A DNA stretch of 64,000 nucleotides from Nitrospira sp. (lineage in GTDB: Bacteria > Nitrospirota > Nitrospiria > Nitrospirales > Nitrospiraceae): the NCBI GenBank assembly GCA_047150005.1, contig AP038806.1:608001-672000 (forward strand), in the 5' to 3' direction. The notes under the pieces are model-generated. The model was not told the origin of the DNA. It worked only from the letters and a program-made list of their open reading frames with translations, and ran no database searches. Numbering within the stretch: the stretch's first letter is position 1; each line of letters opens with the position of its first letter. Positions 57,555 through 64,000 of the stretch are shown here, one piece after another. The position numbers and the translations under genes are program-made.

Positions 57555-60500
57555 TTACTTCGCCGCGACCGGAATCGCGTGCGCCGCCTGCTCAAGCGAC
57601 GCGCTCTTCATCCCGGCACCGGCCCCGGCCAGCGGCAACAAGCGCTGGTCGCCGGACGGCAACACACGGAGATACCCCCACTGACCGGACTGAGAGTACG
57701 GCAACCGCTGGTTGCTGTACACATAGTCGCCCGGCAGCCGGTACGGTCCGCCAGCAGAGGAGACGAATGTGTCCAGCACTTCAGAGCCGGAGAACTCGAC
57801 CACGCTGATTTGGTCGGCACCCCGCATGAACGGCTCGATCGGCCACTCATGTTTCTCGATGCTGAACATGCCGTTCTGTTCGTTGTTGGCCCCGATCACG
57901 TGGATCCGGACCGGATCTCCTGCATGCGACTCGATGATCGGAGTCGCAGGATCTTCCGGCTTGTCCACTTTGCAGGGCTGGAAGACCTTGCCCAAGGAGC
58001 AGCCTTGCTCCTCGCGATACTTATACGGCTCCGACCGATAGTTGATCCCGGTCAGACCTGCGACGTTCTGCACATACGGCATGAAGCTCGTGCCGATGAT
58101 GTTGTCTTCGTCCTGGAAGAACAACGCCACGTCGCGATAGTTGGCCCTCATTTCGTTGCCCGGCACGGTACGATCGATGATCACATCCGCAGCCCAGGCA
58201 TTCTTGTTCGTCAGATCCGCGCCAGTCTTCGGATCCCGATACTTGGAACCCTTCGGACCGACCACGATCGCGCCGAACAAGCCGTTGCGTGGATTGGTCA
58301 TGACGTTGCCCCAGTCCCACACCAGAGACGTGGTTTCGCCGTTGAACGGATCCGCATAGTAGGTGTAGGTCCGTTCTCCGCCGGACGCAATCGTCTGGTC
58401 GCCGGGGTTGTTGCCGACATTGGCACCCATTGAATCCTTCGGATCGAAGACCAACCCGATGGCCGAGAAGGACGCCTTACTGGCCTTCATCTTGTTCTTG
58501 AGACTGACCTTTACACAATCGCCTACGTTGACGCGGAGCGTCAGCGGCATCGGTTGGGCTTCTCCGGACACCTTGGCAACATCCTCCTCCAAGGCGTAGA
58601 TTTTCGCCTCGGGATTGGTGATCTGGATCTTCCGCTCGAAGTCCACCTCGATCGATTCGGGAGCCTTCGCGTTGAACTTCATAGACGGGTAATCCATCGC
58701 CACGACGTTGAAGGTCTTGACCGGCGCATCGGCCGGGCAAACCGGCAACGCCTTTGGGATCTCGCCTTTGACCGAGAATCCGGCCGGTAGTTTCTTCAGA
58801 TCGGGCTGCTCCTTGTCATAGACACGGATGATGCCCCAGCCGCCCTCCGAAAACTTCGAGGACCGGCCGTTGAAGTGAATATAGTCCCCGGCCAGATGCC
58901 GCGGGCCGCCTGCTTCCGGCACGACCAAGTCGTACCGCTCGGCGATGCCGATGTGGATCGAGTTCTTGCGGTTCGCGTCCGACGCATAGCGCTCAGACCA
59001 GAATGTATGACCGGACAAGGTCCAGGTCATCGTCTCGTTCATGAGCGTATGCAGAAGACGGAACACCATCGTGTCCCCCGTATAGGCGCGCAAGAGCGGC
59101 GTATACGGATCCCCGTGAATCTGGCTGTTGAACGCCTGCGAGACATCGGGATTGGTCGCCAACCGCTGCGCGATCGGACCCGCACGGAAGTTCAAGCCGC
59201 TTCCCGTCGTGTGAGTTCCGCCGTTCAAGAACGGCATCGGCGTCATGTACAGCTTTTCCGGCATCATGAATGAGACGGTCTTGCCCGCTTCCAATGCCAC
59301 TTCGACCGGTTGGCCTGGCGGATTGCCCGCCGTCACGATATTGACGGTGTGCGGCACCGTGTCGTGTACCTGCACCATCATCTCGCGGAAGCTGTTGTTC
59401 ACGCCGTGTCCAACCGGCTCGTTGGTATGGATGTCGGCGATCGGGCCGCTCCAAACCAATTTTCCGGTCTTCGGATCGTGATAGGTCGAACCGACCGGCT
59501 CGGCGATGAACGTGCCGAACCCGCCGTGCGGCCACGTCGTCGCGCCGAAGGCGTGGTCATGCCAGAACACGGTTCCCACGTCCGCATCGACCCAGAACCG
59601 CTGCCGGACGAATTCCACCGTCACGATGTCATTCGCCGGATGGTCGTTCTTGAGTCCCTTGGACAACGTGATGGTGTTACCGTTGATGGCCTTGATCCGA
59701 GACACCTCGTTGCCCTTCACATTGTCGGCGCCCACAAGGATCAGAATGCCCACATGGTACTGCTTGGCATTCTTCACGGTGAGAGTAGTCGTGCCTTTCT
59801 TCGCGGCGGCCGTCAAGGCGGTATTCATCGGGGCCGGAAGGCCCTTGCTGTTTTTCTTTTCCAACATCGTGAACGGACGCACGGACTGCTCATAGGAGAA
59901 TCCCGTGATCACACCGTCCGATGCCTGGTTGTCGAACTGGAGGAAATGCCAATGGGTGTTGATCTTCGACGACTGGAAATTCGTGTAGTCGTCGTCATCC
60001 CACTCGCTGGTCAACATCCAGTCCACGCAATCGTAGATGTTGCCGCGAACGACCAGCGGATACTTCAAGTCGTCGTTCGCCCTGATCGCCGCCTCTTCCT
60101 CGTGGAGCACGTAGATCAACCCGTTCGGGTCCACGACCGGCGGCTCCTTCCCCTGGGCCTTGGCAATCTTGATCGGCAATTTGATGAAGTGCACGTTGTA
60201 GTTCTTGCGTCCAGCGTTGACCGGACACAAACTCCAGTTGCCCTGTTCGCCAGGCTTGGCTTGATCGACACTCTCTTCACCATTGTCGTCACGCCTGATC
60301 ATTTCCAACCAGGGCGCCCCGACGTGGTTCGGCGAGAACATGACGCGCTTGCCGAAGTGGGGAGTCAGATGCGGCCAGGCCACTTTTCCCGTCAACGGCT
60401 CGAACATGATCGGATGCCGCTTGCCGGGATGGCTCGACTTATACTTGGGATTGTCGATCGTGCTTTCCTTTTCGCTCATGGCACGGCTGCCTTCCCAGGT

Positions 60501-62399
60501 CCAGTCGAGCACGGTCGCATCGTAAGAGACGATCTGGCCCTTCTCGTCGTCCTTGTGTCCGGGCTTCCCGGCCGTGGGGAGCTGCATTTCCACCCAATCC
60601 TTGATCGTAATCGTGGCCGGGTTCCCCTTCCAGTTGCTCTTCCCCTTGTCCACGATCTTGAACTGACTGCCGAACCAATCGACGGTCTGGCCGATCAGCT
60701 TGTCGGATGAGATGGGGGTCTTGATCCGCCCCTTTCGATCCGGCAATTCACGCAGATCCGGCATCACATCGTTCCGTAGATCCCCCTGCTGAATCGTGTT
60801 GTAGACGCGCCAATAGCCCCACATGCCCGCGACATAATGGTGCGCCACGTGGCAATGGAAGAGGAAGTCGCCGGCCAGCTGCTGGCAGAGTCCGGATCCA
60901 CACTCCGTCTCCAGATCGAGGGCCTCCGAGGGGCCGATGACTTCGACATCGACGCGATCGGTCTTATGGCGAATCACCGGATACTTGACCGGTCCGTTGA
61001 CCGCGGTGGCCCAGAGATTCATATCGTCGATCGCCCGCGGGCTGCGCGGCCACCGAATCGTTCCTCCGTGCGGGTGGTGGCTATGGAACACCTCCGAACC
61101 GCCGTGAACCAGCCGAAACTTTGCAGGATCACCCATGTAGGAGCGGGGAATCGTCGGAGAAGCATCGCCGAACGTGTAGGAGCTGTACCCCATCGATTCG
61201 TCTTCGAACCCGAAGTATTCGTGCTGCACGTGCATGTTGTTGATGCCGAAGGGCTCGCTACGATAGTTGATCGCCCGGCCGCCCGGACGGTAGGCATCGG
61301 TCAAGGGGTCGCGCTGCGGAAGAAAATCGCCCTTCTTGTTGACCGGCCGAAACGCCTCGTCACCGACCTCGTGGTAGATCAGCACGAATTCACGGAAGTC
61401 CGGCCCTGTGCCGTTCTGAATCATCACCTGCCAACCGCTGTTCGCAGGGGTCGCGTCTCCGGAGCCGAGGGCCTCGAGGTAGTTCGATCCTCGAGGTTCG
61501 ACCACGAACGCGCCGAACATGCCCATCACGGTCAATTCGCGATCTTGGCTAAACGTATGGAACTGGCGGACGCCTTCCTGCGTGTTGGGATGGATATACC
61601 ACTCGAAATCGACGCTCTTCTTCTCATCCACGATCGCGTCGGGATTGGTCGTGGTCGCCGCGGCCCCGGTGGCGCTCACGACCATGCTGGAACCGTGAAT
61701 GTGCAGGCTGACCGGCCCGCCTCCCTCTTCCAGCTTGTTGGCCAGCTTGATCTTGACGCAATCACCCTGGTTGCCGCGCATGACCAACGGCTGAATCCAC
61801 TGCGCCTGCACGCCGGGGATGACCGCACCCGGATCGAACCCTTCCTTTTCACGGGCTTCCTTGTTCGTGTTCTCTTCCGCCCGGACTTTGTCGAGGTTTT
61901 CCTCCAGGACGTACATGTACCCGGGATAGAAATCGAGCCACTGGTTGAGCGTGATCTCGACGTTGATCGCCGAGACGTTGTACTGCTTGACCGGCGCCGT
62001 GGCGGGACACTTTCCACCTCCGGTCGTCGAAACCGGCTCCACCCGTGGGTCGGAAACAAGGAGCATGTCCTGACCACCGGCTCCATACTGGTGCATCATG
62101 GATGTGGTGTTGTACATACCGGTGTTCATCCCCTGAATCTGCGGGTCTTGAGCCAGATGCTCCATGACGCGCTGATGCTGCTGCTCGACCATTGCGGCCC
62201 GATCTCCCTTCCCGGACATCGTGTCCTCGACAATGGTCTGTCCCTTGAGCTGCTCCGCCCACGCGGGGAGCTGATGGTTCATCGCAATGTGCGACGGGGA
62301 ACTCTCAGCGGACGCGAGCGGGACCCACAACAGGGCCGAGGCTGCCATTGCGCCGAGAATGCGGGTAGGAACACGAACCTCTTGTTGATGAGGAAACAT
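57555..62399 (-). CDS. Very large exported multicopper oxidase, MnxG-like
   Basis: Signal peptide; SLHIHG, FHSHHPHG, FHCHVAHHYVAGM, NTHWHF, FWHDH; AGGAGG RBS. Confidence 0.88.
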   Translation of the reverse strand: MFPHQQEVRVPTRILGAMAASALLWVPLASAESSPSHIAMNHQLPAWAEQLKGQTIVEDTMSGKGDRAAMVEQQHQRVMEHLAQDPQIQGMNTGMYNTTSMMHQYGAGGQDMLLVSDPRVEPVSTTGGGKCPATAPVKQYNVSAINVEITLNQWLDFYPGYMYVLEENLDKVRAEENTNKEAREKEGFDPGAVIPGVQAQWIQPLVMRGNQGDCVKIKLANKLEEGGGPVSLHIHGSSMVVSATGAAATTTNPDAIVDEKKSVDFEWYIHPNTQEGVRQFHTFSQDRELTVMGMFGAFVVEPRGSNYLEALGSGDATPANSGWQVMIQNGTGPDFREFVLIYHEVGDEAFRPVNKKGDFLPQRDPLTDAYRPGGRAINYRSEPFGINNMHVQHEYFGFEDESMGYSSYTFGDASPTIPRSYMGDPAKFRLVHGGSEVFHSHHPHGGTIRWPRSPRAIDDMNLWATAVNGPVKYPVIRHKTDRVDVEVIGPSEALDLETECGSGLCQQLAGDFLFHCHVAHHYVAGMWGYWRVYNTIQQGDLRNDVMPDLRELPDRKGRIKTPISSDKLIGQTVDWFGSQFKIVDKGKSNWKGNPATITIKDWVEMQLPTAGKPGHKDDEKGQIVSYDATVLDWTWEGSRAMSEKESTIDNPKYKSSHPGKRHPIMFEPLTGKVAWPHLTPHFGKRVMFSPNHVGAPWLEMIRRDDNGEESVDQAKPGEQGNWSLCPVNAGRKNYNVHFIKLPIKIAKAQGKEPPVVDPNGLIYVLHEEEAAIRANDDLKYPLVVRGNIYDCVDWMLTSEWDDDDYTNFQSSKINTHWHFLQFDNQASDGVITGFSYEQSVRPFTMLEKKNSKGLPAPMNTALTAAAKKGTTTLTVKNAKQYHVGILILVGADNVKGNEVSRIKAINGNTITLSKGLKNDHPANDIVTVEFVRQRFWVDADVGTVFWHDHAFGATTWPHGGFGTFIAEPVGSTYHDPKTGKLVWSGPIADIHTNEPVGHGVNNSFREMMVQVHDTVPHTVNIVTAGNPPGQPVEVALEAGKTVSFMMPEKLYMTPMPFLNGGTHTTGSGLNFRAGPIAQRLATNPDVSQAFNSQIHGDPYTPLLRAYTGDTMVFRLLHTLMNETMTWTLSGHTFWSERYASDANRKNSIHIGIAERYDLVVPEAGGPRHLAGDYIHFNGRSSKFSEGGWGIIRVYDKEQPDLKKLPAGFSVKGEIPKALPVCPADAPVKTFNVVAMDYPSMKFNAKAPESIEVDFERKIQITNPEAKIYALEEDVAKVSGEAQPMPLTLRVNVGDCVKVSLKNKMKASKASFSAIGLVFDPKDSMGANVGNNPGDQTIASGGERTYTYYADPFNGETTSLVWDWGNVMTNPRNGLFGAIVVGPKGSKYRDPKTGADLTNKNAWAADVIIDRTVPGNEMRANYRDVALFFQDEDNIIGTSFMPYVQNVAGLTGINYRSEPYKYREEQGCSLGKVFQPCKVDKPEDPATPIIESHAGDPVRIHVIGANNEQNGMFSIEKHEWPIEPFMRGADQISVVEFSGSEVLDTFVSSAGGPYRLPGDYVYSNQRLPYSQSGQWGYLRVLPSGDQRLLPLAGAGAGMKSASLEQAAHAIPVAAK

Positions 62400-62530
62400 G
62401 GACCGGCCTCCTTGGTGTTGATTGAGTGATGCAAGACGGGGAACTCATTGAGGAAGAACCAAATCTGCGTGTCACAATCGAACCAGATTCAATTTCGCGA
62501 TAATCGTTTCTAGACCGCTATTGATGGCGA

Positions 62531-62559
62531 AATGTACTGAACTTGGTAACCTCTGTCAA
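62531..62559 (-). promoter_or_regulatory. Sigma70-type promoter for the multicopper oxidase
   Basis: Minus strand TTGACA-N17-TACATT. Confidence 0.6.
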
Positions 62560-62571
62560 CCCCTGTATTTT

Positions 62572-62591
62572 TCACGCGAATCGTCGCGTGA
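62572..62591. promoter_or_regulatory. Palindromic candidate operator
   Basis: TCACGCGA-ATCG-TCGCGTGA just upstream of the -35 box, in a divergent intergenic region. Confidence 0.45.
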
Positions 62592-62721
62592 GACGAACAA
62601 TCTTCTGTATGTCAAGACGATTCTGGCGACATTTCGCAAGTCCATCGCGGCGATACACGACCACTCGCGGCCCGGCAATGGTTTCCTTCGCCCCGCTCTG
62701 CGTTTATGAGATAATCAGATC

Positions 62722-64000
62722 ATGATCCTCAAACGTTGGCTGGTGGGTGACCCGCTCAAAACGGCACAGGCTGCTGACGAGCGTCTTTCCAAGACCATCG
62801 CCCTGGCGGTTTTCTCCTCCAACGCGATTTCCTCGGTCGCCTATGCGACGGAGGAAATCCTCTTGGTGCTGATTCTGGCCGGATCCGCCGCACTGATCTG
62901 GTCCATCCCCGTCAGTCTCGCCATTCTGTTCCTCGTGATTGTGCTCACGATTTCCTACCGTCAGATTATCTATGAATATCCGGAAGGGGGCGGAGCCTAC
63001 ATCGTCGCTCGGTCCAATCTCGGCGATATGCCTGCCCTGATTGCCGCCGCGGCCCTCATGATCGACTATGTACTGACCGTCGCCGTCAGCGTGGCCGCCG
63101 GGGTCGCCGCCATCACGTCTGCGATTCCGAGCCTGTATGCCCACCGCACCGCTCTGGGACTAACGGCGATCCTGTTCATCGTGGTCGTGAACCTCCGGGG
63201 AGTGCGAGAGTCCGGGAAATTCTTTGCCGTGCCGACCTATTCGGCCATCGGAGGCTTGGGTCTGTTGGTGCTTATCGGCACCTTTCAATCCTTGACCGAT
63301 TCTGCCCCCTCCGGCTTGTCCGATTCAGCCTCCCCGACCGGCGGCGGACTTGAGAATCTCACTCTCTTTCTGATTCTGCGGTCCTTTGCCGCAGGCTGCG
63401 CGGCGGTGACCGGAATGGAGGTGATCTCGAACGGGGTCAAAGCCTTCCGTCATCCCGAATCGAAGAACGCCGCCACGACGATGGTATGGATGTCGGGTAT
63501 CCTGGCCACGCTCTTCATGGGCATCAGCTGGTTGGCCTACCATTACGGCATCACGGCAAACGACCACGAAACGGTCGTCTCGCAACTGGCTCGCCTCACA
63601 TTCGGCACGGGAGTGACCTATTTCGCCATTCAAGTCGGAACCATGTTGCTCTTGGTGTTGGCTGCCAACAGCGCATTTGCCGGTTTCCCCCATTTATCGT
63701 CGATCCTGGCACGAGACGGCTTCATGCCCCACCAGATGGCGACCTTCGGCGATCGCTTGGTCTTCTCCAACGGCATCATCATCCTGGGATTCTTCGCGTG
63801 CCTCCTGGTCGTACTCTTTCAGGGCGACACCCACGCGCTGATCCCCCTGTATGCGATCGGGGTATTCGTATCCTTTACCCTGTCCCAAGCTGGCATGGTC
63901 CGACGGTGGCTGATCAAAAAAGGAGACCACTGGCGCAAGAAGTTAATCGTCAATGGGATCGGCGCGGTGGCAACAGGTATCGCCACGGTCATCATCGCCA
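62722..64000 (+). CDS. APC-superfamily permease, KimA/YdaO-like (partial, runs off the window)
   Basis: Manual translation MILKRWLVGDPLKTAQAADERLSKTIALAVFSSNAISSVAYATEE...SYRQII.EYP.GGGAY...NLRGVRESG...TGMEVISNGV. Confidence 0.88.
   Translation, partial: MILKRWLVGDPLKTAQAADERLSKTIALAVFSSNAISSVAYATEEILLVLILAGSAALIWSIPVSLAILFLVIVLTISYRQIIYEYPEGGGAYIVARSNLGDMPALIAAAALMIDYVLTVAVSVAAGVAAITSAIPSLYAHRTALGLTAILFIVVVNLRGVRESGKFFAVPTYSAIGGLGLLVLIGTFQSLTDSAPSGLSDSASPTGGGLENLTLFLILRSFAAGCAAVTGMEVISNGVKAFRHPESKNAATTMVWMSGILATLFMGISWLAYHYGITANDHETVVSQLARLTFGTGVTYFAIQVGTMLLLVLAANSAFAGFPHLSSILARDGFMPHQMATFGDRLVFSNGIIILGFFACLLVVLFQGDTHALIPLYAIGVFVSFTLSQAGMVRRWLIKKGDHWRKKLIVNGIGAVATGIATVIIA

Noticed and set aside
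62400..62721. c-di-AMP (ydaO) riboswitch upstream of the KimA-like gene
   Set aside because: No recognisable consensus elements by eye; an Rfam scan would settle it
1..64000. CRISPR arrays, tRNA/rRNA, IS elements, prophage
   Set aside because: No regularly spaced repeats, RNA gene signatures, or transposase or integrase motifs seen

Overview
This GC-rich, almost entirely minus-strand window looks like a Nitrospira-type (Nitrospirota) nitrite-oxidiser chromosome; that assignment is inferred from gene content. Housekeeping genes (rel, recJ, pup, hppA, and secF-secD-yajC-tgt-argS-GT9-mobA) flank and interrupt a ~52 kb energy-conservation region. The region holds two tandem pentaheme cytochromes c and three NXR-gamma/EbdC-like (EB_dh) proteins, one fused to a diheme cytochrome c. 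It also has a TorD-type chaperone, TatA, a NapF-like ferredoxin, MobA, a B12-radical SAM enzyme and an atypical two-component system. Two Q-loop-less CydA-like oxidases without CydB sit with membrane cytochromes c, three 34-40 aa membrane peptides missed by the ORF track, two FGE-fold proteins, DUF3047, DUF420 and a PCP_red-domain protein. The region ends with three cupredoxin-like proteins and a 1614-aa MnxG-type multicopper oxidase. A KimA/YdaO-like APC transporter starts at the right edge. No rRNA, tRNA, CRISPR array or mobile element was recognised. All family assignments come from motif reading, not database searches.
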